In this document: positions 1 to 9,150 of the stretch, piece after piece
Numbering within the stretch: the first letter of the stretch is position 1
How the letters are laid out: every line of letters begins with the position of its first letter
DNA from: an uncultured Caldilineaceae bacterium
Lineage (GTDB): Bacteria; Chloroflexota; Anaerolineae; Caldilineales; Caldilineaceae
Direction: 5' to 3'
Assembly (NCBI GenBank): GCA_964649875.1
Contig: CAZYSJ010000005.1
Location: 6,757-70,756 of the forward strand
DNA: 64,000 nucleotides
Notes under the pieces: model-generated
What the model was told of the DNA's origin: nothing
Seen by the model: only the letters and a program-made list of their open reading frames with translations
The model's database searches: none
Translations under genes and position numbers: made by a program

Positions 1-462
1 TTCGATATCGGCACCGAATACCCGATTATCGACCTGATGCCCGACCAGCGCGACATCGCTGACATGGGCGGCACCATGCGCCTCGGCGTCTATCCCTGCG
101 AGTTGCAGCCCGGCGCCAAAGCCGCGCAAGCCTATCAAAACCTGGGTTATGGCTTGGTCATAAACGAACGTCACCGCCATCGCTTCGAATTCAACAACCA
201 CTTCCGCGACGATCTCGCCGCCCACGGCATGGTCTTTAGCGGCATGTCGCCGGATGGCCGCCTGGTGGAGATCGCCGAATTGGCCGACCACCCCTATATG
301 ATCGGCAGCCAGTTCCATCCCGAATTCAAAAGCCGGCCCAACAAGCCGCACCCGCTCTTTCTGGGCCTGATCCAGGCTGCCAAAGCCCGTCGCCTTGAAC
401 GCGGCGCCGCGGGCCAAGCGACGGAGACAGAAGACAGCGGCGAGTTGCTCACGGCGGACTAA
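1..462 (+). CDS. pyrG: CTP synthase, C-terminal glutamine amidotransferase domain (5' end outside the window)
   Basis: Frame 1 is open from nt 1. Translation ...[21 protein letters not shown]...HRHRFEFNN...[19 protein letters not shown] matches the class-I GATase end of PyrG. Confidence 0.9.
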   Translation, partial: FDIGTEYPIIDLMPDQRDIADMGGTMRLGVYPCELQPGAKAAQAYQNLGYGLVINERHRHRFEFNNHFRDDLAAHGMVFSGMSPDGRLVEIAELADHPYMIGSQFHPEFKSRPNKPHPLFLGLIQAAKARRLERGAAGQATETEDSGELLTAD

Positions 463-572
463 GCGCCGAGAAGCAAGCCCCACGTGACACAGGCGCGCTT
501 TCTGTGTCATAATGAGGCGATGACACGGCCCGCGCAGCAGACAAAGCAAAAGAAGAAACGGAGAATTCGCCA

Positions 573-1340
573 ATGTCAGGACATTCTAAATGGTCAACCA
601 TCAAGCGAAAAAAAGGCGCTAACGACGCCGCTCGCGGCAAGATATTCACGCGCCTCGCGCGCGAAATTCAGATCGCAGCCCGCAGCGGCGCCGACCCGAA
701 CACCAACTTCACCCTGCGCCTTGCCATCGACCGCGCCCGCGCCGAGAACATGCCCAAGGATAACATCGAAAAGGCCATCGCCCGCGGCTCCGGCGCTGAC
801 AAAGATGCCGCCGAGATCGAAGAGGTCACCTACGAAGGCTACGGCCCCCACGGCGTCGCCATCATCGTGCAATGCCTTACCGACAACCGCAATCGCACCA
901 TCGCCGACATCCGCCGCTGCTTTAACCGCGGCAACGGCAGCCTGGGCGAACCCAACTCGGTCGCCTGGCAGTTCACCGAAACCGGCTACATCCTCTTCAA
1001 TCTTAACGACGACCAAGGAGAGCCTCGCGGCATTGACCCGGACGAGCTCTTCATGGCCGCACTCGACGCCGGCGCCATTGATGTGACGACCAGCGAAGAC
1101 GCCGTAGAAGTCTACACCGAGCGCAACGATTTCGCTCAGGTCAGCCAGGCCCTGGCCGAGGCAGGCTTCGAGCCGGACGAATCAAGCTTGATCCGCAAGC
1201 CGAACACAACGCTTTCCCTGGAAGCGGATGAGGCGGCCAGCGTGCTGGGCTTGATCGAAGCGCTGGAAGAACTGGACGATGTGAACGCCGTCTATCATAA
1301 CCTCGAACTCACGGACGAGGTTGTCGCCCAATTCGCCTGA
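573..1340 (+). CDS. yebC: YebC/PmpR-family transcriptional regulator
   Basis: N-terminus MSGHSKWSTIKRKKGANDAARGKIFTRLAREI is the hallmark of the YebC family. GGAG lies about 8 nt upstream. The gene sits upstream of ruvC, as in many bacteria. Confidence 0.9.
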   Translation: MSGHSKWSTIKRKKGANDAARGKIFTRLAREIQIAARSGADPNTNFTLRLAIDRARAENMPKDNIEKAIARGSGADKDAAEIEEVTYEGYGPHGVAIIVQCLTDNRNRTIADIRRCFNRGNGSLGEPNSVAWQFTETGYILFNLNDDQGEPRGIDPDELFMAALDAGAIDVTTSEDAVEVYTERNDFAQVSQALAEAGFEPDESSLIRKPNTTLSLEADEAASVLGLIEALEELDDVNAVYHNLELTDEVVAQFA

Positions 1341-1357
1341 TCGCCTAGCAAAGACCG

Positions 1358-1882
1358 ATGCGGCCCATGCCGTCCTATGACAAGATTGCGCTGGGCATTG
1401 ATCCGGGCACCGCAACCACCGGCTATGGCGTCGTCGCCCAAACGGCGGACGGCGAATTTGAGTTGCTCGCCTGCGGCGTCATCCGCACCGAGCCGCACAC
1501 TGCTATGCACCAGCGCCTGCGCGAGTTGTTCGAGGACCTGCGCGGCCTGATCCGCGAGTTCAAGCCGGACACCATGGCCGTGGAAAAGCTCTTCTTCGGG
1601 CGCAACGTCACCAACGCCATCTCCGTCGGCCAGGCGCGCGGCGCGGCGCTCCTCGTCGCTGCGCTGCATGATTTGGACCTGGCCGAATACACGCCGGCGG
1701 AGGTCAAACAGGCGATCGCCGGTTATGGCAACGCCGACAAGCAGCAGATTCAGGAAATGGTGCGGCGGCTGTTGGACTTGCCAACCGTCCCCCGGCCGGA
1801 CGACGCAGCCGACGGCGTCGCCATTGCGCTCTGCCACCTGCAGACGCAGCGCTACCGCCGGCTCGTCGACCAAGCCGGTTGA
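1358..1882 (+). CDS. ruvC: Crossover junction endodeoxyribonuclease RuvC
   Basis: IALGIDPGTATTGYGVV, EKLFFGRN and DAADGVAIALCH are RuvC catalytic motifs. The start could be 1358 or 1367. Confidence 0.9.
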   Translation: MRPMPSYDKIALGIDPGTATTGYGVVAQTADGEFELLACGVIRTEPHTAMHQRLRELFEDLRGLIREFKPDTMAVEKLFFGRNVTNAISVGQARGAALLVAALHDLDLAEYTPAEVKQAIAGYGNADKQQIQEMVRRLLDLPTVPRPDDAADGVAIALCHLQTQRYRRLVDQAG

Positions 1883-1952
1883 TGCGCCTTGCTTCGGCTG
1901 CGCGCTGTTCGGCGCTGACCACTAGCGGTACGTTAACATGCTTTGTGCCGTT

Positions 1953-2029
1953 GTCATTCTGAGCCGAAGGCGAAGAATCTCTGTGTAGCGGGCGAACAGA
2001 TTCTTCCTCCCTGCGGTCGTCAGAATGAC
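1953..2029. repeat. 77-nt inverted-repeat (hairpin) element, GTCATTCTGAGC family
   Basis: GTCATTCTGA(1953-1962)...GAAGAATCT / AGATTCTTC...TCAGAATGAC(2020-2029). The outer 10-bp and inner 9-bp arms pair perfectly around an internal bulge and a 17-nt loop. It lies in the ruvC-ruvA spacer. Confidence 0.6.
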
Positions 2030-2067
2030 AGAAACAGAGTTGCCAAAGCACTAGCGGAGGATAAGCC

Positions 2068-2643
2068 ATGATCCGGATGATCCGCGGCACGGTCATCGCT
2101 CGCGGCAAGGGCAGCCTCGTCATCGACGTGGGCGGCGTCGGCCTCAAGGTAGCCGTCCCCGAACCGGCAGCCCTTGCCGCCCATATCGGCGCGCCGATCA
2201 CGCTTCACACCTATCTGCAAGTGCGTGAGGACGCGCTCAACCTCTTCGGCTTTCCCAGCGAAGACGAGTTGTCCCTCTTCGAGTTGCTGATCGGCGTCAG
2301 CGGCGTCGGCGCCAAATTGGCCCTCTCCGCCCTCAGCACCCTCAGCCCGGACGCCTTCCGCCTGGCCCTTGCCAACCAAGAACCGGCCCTCATCGCACGC
2401 GTGCCCGGCATCGGCAAGAGAACCGCCGAGAAGATCGTCCTCGAATTGAAGGACAAAGTAGAACCCGCAGGCGATCTCGCCGGCCTCGTCGCCGCCACCG
2501 ATGCCGACGGCGAAGTGATCGACGCGCTGCTCGTGCTCGGCTACAGCGTCGTCGAGGCGCAGCGCGCCATCCAGCGCATCCCCAAAGACGTAGAAGGCGT
2601 GGAAGAGCGCTTGCGTCTGGCCCTCAGCCAGTTCAACCCCTAG
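2068..2643 (+). CDS. ruvA: Holliday junction branch-migration complex subunit RuvA
   Basis: MIRMIRGTV...GVGLKV, LIGVSGVGAKLALSALS and the PGIGKRTAEKIVLELKDK helix-hairpin-helix motifs. GGAGG lies 7 nt upstream. Confidence 0.9.
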   Translation: MIRMIRGTVIARGKGSLVIDVGGVGLKVAVPEPAALAAHIGAPITLHTYLQVREDALNLFGFPSEDELSLFELLIGVSGVGAKLALSALSTLSPDAFRLALANQEPALIARVPGIGKRTAEKIVLELKDKVEPAGDLAGLVAATDADGEVIDALLVLGYSVVEAQRAIQRIPKDVEGVEERLRLALSQFNP

Positions 2644-2773
2644 CCGCCGCCCTAAAATCTTTGACACAGCCCCTGCCCACACATATAATTTGTAAGCTTG
2701 TGAACGCACACGCCGGCAAGCGCCGACTTTTTACGCATAGCAACCATGCGCGATACCCGTTAGGGGAACAACT

Positions 2774-3337
2774 ATGGCAGAGGTTCAAACACTCCGCAAA
2801 GGCAACATTTACGAGGAAGACGACCAACTGTGGCGCGTGCTGGAATACCAGCACATCAAGGTCGCACGCGGCGGCGCCACCATTCGCCTCAAGGTGCGCA
2901 ACATCCGCACCGGCTCAACCGTAGAACGCACCTACAACAACGGCGCGCGCGTCAAAGATGTGCGCCTCGACAACCGCGAGGTCGAGTACCTCTATCAAGA
3001 CGGCGACTTCTATCATTTCATGGACACCGAGACCTTCGAGCAGATCGCGCTCGGCCCCGATGTGTTGGAAGGCATCGTCGACTACCTCGTCGACAACCAG
3101 GTCGTGGTGCTCGAAACCTATGAAGGCGAGCCGCTCAGTGTGAGCCTGCCCACCACCGTCGACCTGCAAGTCGTGTGGGCGGAAGCCGCGATTGCCGGCG
3201 ATACCGCCAACGCGCCGACCAAGCAGGTCGAATTGCAGACCGGCCTGCGCATGCAGGTGCCGATGTTCGTCAACGAAGGCGACACTATCCGCGTCGACAC
3301 CCGCGACGGCAGCTACGTCACCCGCGTGCAGAAATAG
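2774..3337 (+). CDS. efp: Translation elongation factor P
   Basis: LRKGNIYEEDDQLWRVLEYQHIKVARGGATIRLKVRNIRTG and the 187-aa length are typical of EF-P. Confidence 0.95.
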   Translation: MAEVQTLRKGNIYEEDDQLWRVLEYQHIKVARGGATIRLKVRNIRTGSTVERTYNNGARVKDVRLDNREVEYLYQDGDFYHFMDTETFEQIALGPDVLEGIVDYLVDNQVVVLETYEGEPLSVSLPTTVDLQVVWAEAAIAGDTANAPTKQVELQTGLRMQVPMFVNEGDTIRVDTRDGSYVTRVQK

Positions 3338-3601
3338 CACGAACGAAGCGCGTCGCGGCGTCGCGGCGTCGTGCCGGATCGCCGCAGAGTGAGCGCGGTT
3401 GCGCCGCGCGCCCGCGGCGCCGCTTGCGGCGAAAGCCGGCCCGTCCCCCCGCAAGAGGGCTGTCCCAGATTCTTGACCGGAAAGAGCGTAGAGACGGCAT
3501 CCCTGCCTCCGGTCGTGCGGCTCGTGCGCTAAGAATGACGCCGACAAACCGCCGTGACGAGTTCGCCAAGCTCTGGGACGCATCCCCGTAAGGGTGCAAA
3601 C

Positions 3602-3629
3602 TTGCGATTTGGGACAAAATTGCTATACT
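3602..3629 (+). promoter_or_regulatory. Sigma70-like promoter for tRNA-Thr
   Basis: TTGCGA (3602-3607), 16-nt spacer, then TGCTATACT, which is an extended -10 with hexamer at 3624-3629. It lies about 15 nt upstream of the tRNA 5' end. Confidence 0.5.
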
Positions 3630-3643
3630 GTCCTCAGATAAGC

Positions 3644-3719
3644 GCCGTTGTAGCTCAGTCGGTAGAGCAGCGCCCTCGTAATGCGCAGGTCATCGGTTCG
3701 AGTCCGATCAACGGCTCCA
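3644..3719 (+). tRNA. tRNA-Thr (anticodon CGT)
   Basis: Manual cloverleaf: acceptor GCCGTTG/CAACGGC, D arm GCTC-AGTCGGTA-GAGC, anticodon loop CTCGTAA, T arm ATCGG-TTCGAGT-CCGAT. The discriminator is T and the CCA is encoded. Confidence 0.9.
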
Positions 3720-3722
3720 CAC

Positions 3723-3759
3723 AAAAACGCCTTCCCCGCTCAGGAAGGCGTTTTACTTT
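3723..3759. terminator. Bidirectional intrinsic terminator
   Basis: AAACGCCTTCC(3725-3735)/GGAAGGCGTTT(3743-3753), an 11-bp stem with a 7-nt loop, flanked by an A-run and a T-run. It sits between the tRNA and the converging dehydratase gene. Confidence 0.7.
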
Positions 3760-3787
3760 CCGTTTTCGCTTGACGGGACAGAAGCCG

Positions 3788-4777
3788 CTAGGCGATCACC
3801 GGCTCCGCCGCAGCCACGGCGCGCGCATACGAGTCAATGTCGATGTTCGTGCCGCACACGATCACGCCCACCCGCTGTCCGCGCAGCCGGTCTAACAGCG
3901 GCCCGGCCAGCGCAGCCGTAGCCGCCGAGCCCGCCGGCTCCACCGCCAGCTTCATGGAATGGAAAAGCAGCGCCATCGCATGGCGCATGGCGTCGTCGTC
4001 GATCAGCACAATCTCGTCCACAAACTGCCGGCACATGGCGAAGCTGTACGGCAGCGCATAGGGCGCGCCGAGGCTGTCGGCAAAAGTCCGCACCCGGTCG
4101 ATAGCCTGCGGCGATCCGGCCTGAAAGCTGCGGAACATGGTGTCCGCCCCGACCGGCTCCACGCCATACACCGTACACGCCGGCTGCAGCGCCTTGACCG
4201 CAGCCGCCATGCCCGCGGCCAGCCCGCCCCCGCCGATCGGGATGATCACCGCATCCAGATCGGGGACTTGCGTGCAGAATTCAAGGCCGACGGTCGCCGT
4301 GCCTCGCGCGGTCAGCGGTCCCTCATACGGATGGACGAAGGTGCGCCCTTCCTCCTTCTGGATCTCCTCCGCCTTGGCAAAGGCCTGGCCCACATCGTCC
4401 ACCAATACGACCTCGCCCCCATACGAACGGACGCGCGCCACCCGGATCGGGCTGGCGCTCTTGGGCATCACCACTTTCGCCTCGGCGCCCAGCAGTTGGG
4501 CGGCGTAGGCCACGGCGATGGCATGGTTGCCCGCGCTGACCGCGGTAACGCCGCGCGCCAGCGCCTGTCGATCCAGATCGAGCATCACGCTCAGCGCACC
4601 CCTCGGCTTGAACGTGCCGGTGTGCTGAAACAACTCCAGCTTGAGGAAAACTTCGGTCTCTGCGCCAAACGCCTCGACGGCATCGCGATTGCGCCATTGC
4701 CAAACCGGCGTCTCCACCACATATTCTTCAAGCCGCTCGCGTAAACTGCGCACTTCTGCGATCGTCGGAGTATCCAT
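3788..4777 (-). CDS. PLP-dependent threonine/serine dehydratase (fold type II, no ACT domain)
   Basis: From the internal Met: MDTPTIAEVRSLRERL...LFQHTGTFKPRGA (PLP-lysine motif), SAGNHA, and the PIGGGGLAAG glycine loop. The longer ORF up to 4972 is Cys/Arg-rich and overlaps the next ORF, so I chose the ATG at 4777. Confidence 0.8.
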   Translation of the reverse strand: MDTPTIAEVRSLRERLEEYVVETPVWQWRNRDAVEAFGAETEVFLKLELFQHTGTFKPRGALSVMLDLDRQALARGVTAVSAGNHAIAVAYAAQLLGAEAKVVMPKSASPIRVARVRSYGGEVVLVDDVGQAFAKAEEIQKEEGRTFVHPYEGPLTARGTATVGLEFCTQVPDLDAVIIPIGGGGLAAGMAAAVKALQPACTVYGVEPVGADTMFRSFQAGSPQAIDRVRTFADSLGAPYALPYSFAMCRQFVDEIVLIDDDAMRHAMALLFHSMKLAVEPAGSAATAALAGPLLDRLRGQRVGVIVCGTNIDIDSYARAVAAAEPVIA

Positions 4778-4823
4778 CCAAAATTCTTTCTGCAATAAGC
4801 GCCGCAAATAGGCAGCCGCTAAG

Positions 4824-5063
4824 CTACCAAGGCAGCATGCCCTTCTGGTACATCGAATACAGCCCGTACAGGAAATAGACGACGACGATAAAAAACAACA
4901 CGCGCACGATCCGGTCGCGCTGCGCCCACGAGCGCTTGATCTCCGTCCACATGCCCCGCGGTCTAAGGGCAATCAGGAAGAGCATGATCACGATAAGAAC
5001 CAGCGCATACCTCAATTTCACCGGGCCGCTCCTCTTAAACGCGCCAACTCGTGAGCGCGGCAT
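4824..5063 (-). CDS. Hypothetical small membrane protein (2 predicted TM)
   Basis: The 79-aa ORF has two hydrophobic stretches (YALVLIVIMLFLIAL and VLFFIVVVYFLYGLY). No family was recognised and the start is uncertain. Confidence 0.4.
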   Translation of the reverse strand: MPRSRVGAFKRSGPVKLRYALVLIVIMLFLIALRPRGMWTEIKRSWAQRDRIVRVLFFIVVVYFLYGLYSMYQKGMLPW

Positions 5064-5176
5064 GTGGCCGTCGCCCCAACTTCTGCTACAATCAGGGCCA
5101 TCGATCCGCTGCGGCCGGCTGTTTTACGCCGGCGCCAGGAATCCATCGGGAAGTTCAACCACGCACTGGCTGCACC

Positions 5177-5992
5177 ATGACCGACTGGCGAATCGCCCAA
5201 CTTAGCCCCAACGCGCCGGGTTTCTGGCTGCTCCTTAGCCTGCTCGCAACCCTGGCGATCGGCGCGACGCTCAAGCGTACGCCTCGCCCCTGGGTGCAAT
5301 GGCTTTGGCTGGGACATTGGCTGTTGATCCCCTACTTCGGGCTGCTCTTCGGCGGCCTATCCCCTCGTCTGATGGGGCTGGCCTACTTCGACTGGTCCGT
5401 AAGCCTGAGCCTCGGCGTCGGGCTGATCTTCGCTGTCGTGGCGCTCGTCGTCATCGTGCGCATGACGGTCGATCTGCCCAGCCCGCACCAAGGCAGAATA
5501 GAAGAATCGGCCCCTATCGTTCGCACAGGAGCCGAGCATCCTCTCGATGGGCGACGGCCGGCTTGGCAAGCTATCCTCATACTGGTCGCGACCGGCGGCG
5601 CCGAGCAGTTCCATTGGGCGTTTCTGCGCGGCGGATTCTGGGAAATTCTCCTGTCTATGCCGGAACCGCCGGAGTTGCCCGCCTACTGGGCCATATGGCT
5701 AGCGGCGCTCGTCGTGATCCTCACCAGCGCGCTGCGCCGCCCGAATGTGCTGCAATGGCTGTTGTTACTTGCCACGCTTGTAACGACCAGCATTCTGTTT
5801 TTCTACACGCACAACTTCTGGCTGTGCTGGATTCTGCACAGCGCCATAGCCCTCATTCTTGCGCCGTACGGGCTTGCGTCTTTCGATCAAAACTTGGACG
5901 ATCGCCGCTACAAGAAGAAGCCGATCACCAACATGACGACCAGCAAAGCCGCAGACACAATGCCTAGTTGGCGCAGATCCCGGAAGACGTAG
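5177..5992 (+). CDS. Hypothetical polytopic membrane protein
   Basis: From the ATG at 5177: MTDWRIAQLSPNAPGFWLLLSLLATL..., with about 7 hydrophobic segments. There is only weak resemblance to CPBP-type proteins (FLRGG, THN...H), which I do not consider sufficient. Confidence 0.5.
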   Translation: MTDWRIAQLSPNAPGFWLLLSLLATLAIGATLKRTPRPWVQWLWLGHWLLIPYFGLLFGGLSPRLMGLAYFDWSVSLSLGVGLIFAVVALVVIVRMTVDLPSPHQGRIEESAPIVRTGAEHPLDGRRPAWQAILILVATGGAEQFHWAFLRGGFWEILLSMPEPPELPAYWAIWLAALVVILTSALRRPNVLQWLLLLATLVTTSILFFYTHNFWLCWILHSAIALILAPYGLASFDQNLDDRRYKKKPITNMTTSKAADTMPSWRRSRKT

Positions 5993-6174
5993 CCGTACTC
6001 CTGCGTCCAGTCGAGCGACTTGCCAGCCGCTGCAACAGTCTCCGCCTCGGCAGCTACCCGCGTCTCGCTGCGGCCTTCGGGGAGAACCGACTGTCCCTTG
6101 TACATTTCGCTATAGCTGCGCGGCGCCGCCGTGCTGGCCCCCTGTTTGCTCGCGCGTCTCTTCTTCGAAGCCAT
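5908..6174 (-). CDS. Hypothetical small C-terminally anchored protein
   Basis: 88 aa with a basic N-terminus, an EYGYVFRDLRQLG motif, then a single TM (IVSAALLVVMLVIGFFL). It lies downstream of murJ on the same strand. Confidence 0.4.
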   Translation of the reverse strand: MASKKRRASKQGASTAAPRSYSEMYKGQSVLPEGRSETRVAAEAETVAAAGKSLDWTQEYGYVFRDLRQLGIVSAALLVVMLVIGFFL

Positions 6175-6301
6175 TCTGCTCTCTATCTCCGCTCACTCGT
6201 AGGGTTCAACTGCATTCAATTCCGTTCATTATACCGTCCCCCCCTGCCCGCATCAAACCATCGCGGGCGAGAAAAGAACGCGCATCTGCGAAGCCCCCTT
6301 G

Positions 6302-7909
6302 CTAGACCCGCTGCCGCACAGCGCGCAGCAACTGCCCGGCCTCCGGCAGCCGCATACGCAGCAACAGCCCAAGATACACCGCCGCGCCTGCGCCGCCTCC
6401 AGCCGCCAACACAACCGGATCGGCCCAGCGCCCCATCCCAACTAGCGCCGGTGCGAGGGCCCACTGCACGCCGACAATCACCGCAGCCATCGCCAGCGCG
6501 GCCAGCCCTATCGGAAAGAACGCTCGGACAAAGCGACTGTCCAGCCCGCCCGCCTTCCAATGCAGAAGCCCCAACATCACCGCTGCATGGCTGGCCTGCT
6601 TGGCCGTATCCGCCCACACCAGCCCCAGATAACCCATGCGGCCCAGCAGGCTCAGCGCCACCGCCACGTAGACGCCTACGCTCAACACGCCGACAAGCGC
6701 AGGCAGCAGCGTATTCTGGCGCGCATAGAATGCATAGTTCAGCGGGAAGTCGATCGCAGCGAACAACATGCCGACCACATAGACATTGAGCGCAGCCGCC
6801 ACCTGCACCGTATCCGCCGGCAGGAAGCGATTGCGCTCGAACAACAGGCGCACCGCCGGCTCGCCCAGCAGCCACAGCCCCACCGCCGCGGGCACAATGA
6901 GCAGCGTCACCAGGCGCAGCCCGTCGACCAAGGTAGTGCGGTAGGCGCGAGCTTGCCCCAGCGCATAATATTGGCTCAGCCGCGGCAGCGCCGCCAGCGC
7001 AATCGCCACGCTGACCAGGCCAAGCGGCATCTGTTGCAGCGTCGTGGCGTTGCTCATCCAGGCAATGCTCTGCTCGCCTGTGCCGCTTGCCAGCCGCCGG
7101 TCCAGCCCGATCTGAAAGGCGCTCACCACCAGTCCCGCGGCGATCGGCGCGTAGAGCTTCACAATGCGCGCCAACGCCGGATGCCGCCAGTCGATGCGCA
7201 GACGCAAACGCAGACCGCTGCGCCACAGGTCATAGCCGAGCAGCGCAACCTGCGCCGCATTGCCGGCCAACATGCCCGCGGCCAAGGCGTAAATGCCGAA
7301 GCGCTCGGCCAACAGCGGCGCCGCCAGCACGATGCCCAGGTTGTAGACCGCCGGCGCTAACGCCGGGAAGGTGAAGCGCTGCTGCGAGTAGAGCACGGCC
7401 ATCAACGCGCCCGCCATGCTGAACAACCACACCGTCGGCGCCAGCACCCGGATCAAGCGCACGGTCAGGTCCAACAGCGCCGGATCGCTCTGGACAAAGC
7501 CCGCGGCAAGCAGCCAGGCGGCCTGCGGCGCAAACACTTCGAGCGCCACGACCAGCAGCGTAAGCGCTAGCGAGAAGATGCCGAACAGCGCGCTCACCAG
7601 CCGCGCATACTCCTCGCGCGACTGGCGGCGCAGGGCCTCGCTCAACACCGGCACCAGCGCCGCGCTCAACATGCCGCCCACCAAAAAATCGTAGAGCAGC
7701 ACCATCAACTGGCTGGCAACGCGGAACGCGCTCACCACGCCGGTAGCGCCGAACAGCGCAGCGATCAGCATCTCGCGCACCAGCCCCAGCACGCGGCTGG
7801 CCGCGCTGCCCAACGACAAAAGGCCGGCGCTGCGCGCCAGCCCAGGGCCTTGCTGCGCTTCTAGTGACGGCTCTTCAAACTCAGGGGCGGCGGGCTGCAT
7901 AGCAGGCAT
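6302..7909 (-). CDS. murJ: Lipid II flippase MurJ (MviN)
   Basis: [34 protein letters not shown] plus about 14 TM segments over 535 aa. An alternative start is at 7900. Confidence 0.9.
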   Translation of the reverse strand: MPAMQPAAPEFEEPSLEAQQGPGLARSAGLLSLGSAASRVLGLVREMLIAALFGATGVVSAFRVASQLMVLLYDFLVGGMLSAALVPVLSEALRRQSREEYARLVSALFGIFSLALTLLVVALEVFAPQAAWLLAAGFVQSDPALLDLTVRLIRVLAPTVWLFSMAGALMAVLYSQQRFTFPALAPAVYNLGIVLAAPLLAERFGIYALAAGMLAGNAAQVALLGYDLWRSGLRLRLRIDWRHPALARIVKLYAPIAAGLVVSAFQIGLDRRLASGTGEQSIAWMSNATTLQQMPLGLVSVAIALAALPRLSQYYALGQARAYRTTLVDGLRLVTLLIVPAAVGLWLLGEPAVRLLFERNRFLPADTVQVAAALNVYVVGMLFAAIDFPLNYAFYARQNTLLPALVGVLSVGVYVAVALSLLGRMGYLGLVWADTAKQASHAAVMLGLLHWKAGGLDSRFVRAFFPIGLAALAMAAVIVGVQWALAPALVGMGRWADPVVLAAGGGAGAAVYLGLLLRMRLPEAGQLLRAVRQRV

Positions 7910-7996
7910 TGTAGCATAGCCCGACGCTCATCCCGCCAATCAAACGGGCGCGGCATAGATTGCCGCGCCCGCGATTTTTCCGTTTTCGCAATGCGG

Positions 7997-9037
7997 CTAA
8001 ACGGCCATGCCCTCCAGGCGCACAAACTCGCGCGGGTCCTCGAAGCCGGGGAAGCCTTCGTCCTCCAGGTCGGCAAGGAACTTCTCGGTCTGCATCGCCG
8101 CCGCGCACCCCTGCCCAACGCTCGTCGCCACCTGCTTGAACACCTTGTCCATGATCTCACCGGCAGCGAAGATGCCGGGCACGTTGGTGCGCATCTTGTT
8201 GTCTGCGATCAGATGCCCGTCCTCGTCCAGGTGGAACTTGCCCTGCAGCAGTTCGTTGTTGGGCAGGTGTCCGATAAAGATAAAGACGCCATCGGTTTCG
8301 AGGAAACCCTCTTCGCCCGTCACCGTGTCCTTGGTCTTGACGCCGTCAACCTTGCCCTCGGCGTCGCCCGTGATCTCCGTGACCACCGTATTCCACACGA
8401 ACTCGATCTTATCATTGGCAAAAGCGCGCTGTTGCAGAATCTTGCTGGCGCGCAATTCGTCGCGGCGATGCATGATGCGCACGCGCGTGGCGAACTTGGT
8501 GAGGAACAACCCTTCCTCCACCGCGCTGTCGCCCCCGCCGACCACCACTACATCTTTGCCGCGGAAAAAGAAGCCGTCACACGTGCCGCAATAGCTCACG
8601 CCCCTGCCGGCGTACTCCTTCTCGCCCGGCACGTTCAGATAGCGCGGGCTAGCCCCCGTGCATAGAATCACCGACTTGGTCTCATATTCCTTGCCGCTCG
8701 CCGTACGCACCACAAACGGATGCCGCTCGGTGACGATCTCGGTCACGTAGTCAAATTCAATACGCGTACCGAACTTCTCTGCCTGCTCCTTCATTTTCTC
8801 AACCAACTCAGGCCCGCTCAACCCATCCGGAAAGCCGGGGTAATTCTCCACCTCATAGGTGATGGAGACCTGCCCGCCGTAGTCGTTCCCCGTAATCAGC
8901 AGCGGGTTAAGATTGGCCCGCGCCGTATACAGTCCCGCCGTAAAGCCGGACGGGCCGCTGCCCACGACAATCACGTTCTCCACCTGCGGCTGCGAATCCT
9001 TGCCGCTCCCATTCGTCGCAATCATGCCGTCGGACAT
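7997..9037 (-). CDS. trxB: Thioredoxin-disulfide reductase
   Basis: [16 protein letters not shown] (FAD site), the redox-active CGTCDG motif, and [14 protein letters not shown] (NADPH site). The ATG at 9037 has GAGGAG upstream. Confidence 0.9.
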   Translation of the reverse strand: MSDGMIATNGSGKDSQPQVENVIVVGSGPSGFTAGLYTARANLNPLLITGNDYGGQVSITYEVENYPGFPDGLSGPELVEKMKEQAEKFGTRIEFDYVTEIVTERHPFVVRTASGKEYETKSVILCTGASPRYLNVPGEKEYAGRGVSYCGTCDGFFFRGKDVVVVGGGDSAVEEGLFLTKFATRVRIMHRRDELRASKILQQRAFANDKIEFVWNTVVTEITGDAEGKVDGVKTKDTVTGEEGFLETDGVFIFIGHLPNNELLQGKFHLDEDGHLIADNKMRTNVPGIFAAGEIMDKVFKQVATSVGQGCAAAMQTEKFLADLEDEGFPGFEDPREFVRLEGMAV

Positions 9038-9150
9038 AAACTGTCTCCTCATTGCTCTTTTTGGCTGCGGCGACGGCCTGCTCACGCGTTGACAAAGAGG
9101 CCGTCGCTATATTTTTCGTAGTGCATCATACGCAACGCAGTATACGCCTG

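Noticed and set aside
3175-3617. ORFs 3175-3591 (+) and 3318-3617 (-) in the efp-tRNA spacer.
   Set aside because: They are Arg-rich, have no RBS, and cover the repeat-element remnants and the tRNA promoter. I treat this region as non-coding.
5908-5992. 85-nt convergent overlap between the membrane-protein ORF 5177-5992 (+) and the small ORF 5908-6174 (-).
   Set aside because: It is probably just tail-to-tail overlap, or the last 25 or so hydrophilic codons of the plus-strand ORF are read-through. I see no structure suggesting anything more.
5968-7226. ORFs 5968-6789 (+) and 6216-7226 (-) overlapping murJ.
   Set aside because: Both are Pro/Arg/Ala-rich shadow frames of murJ and have no motifs.
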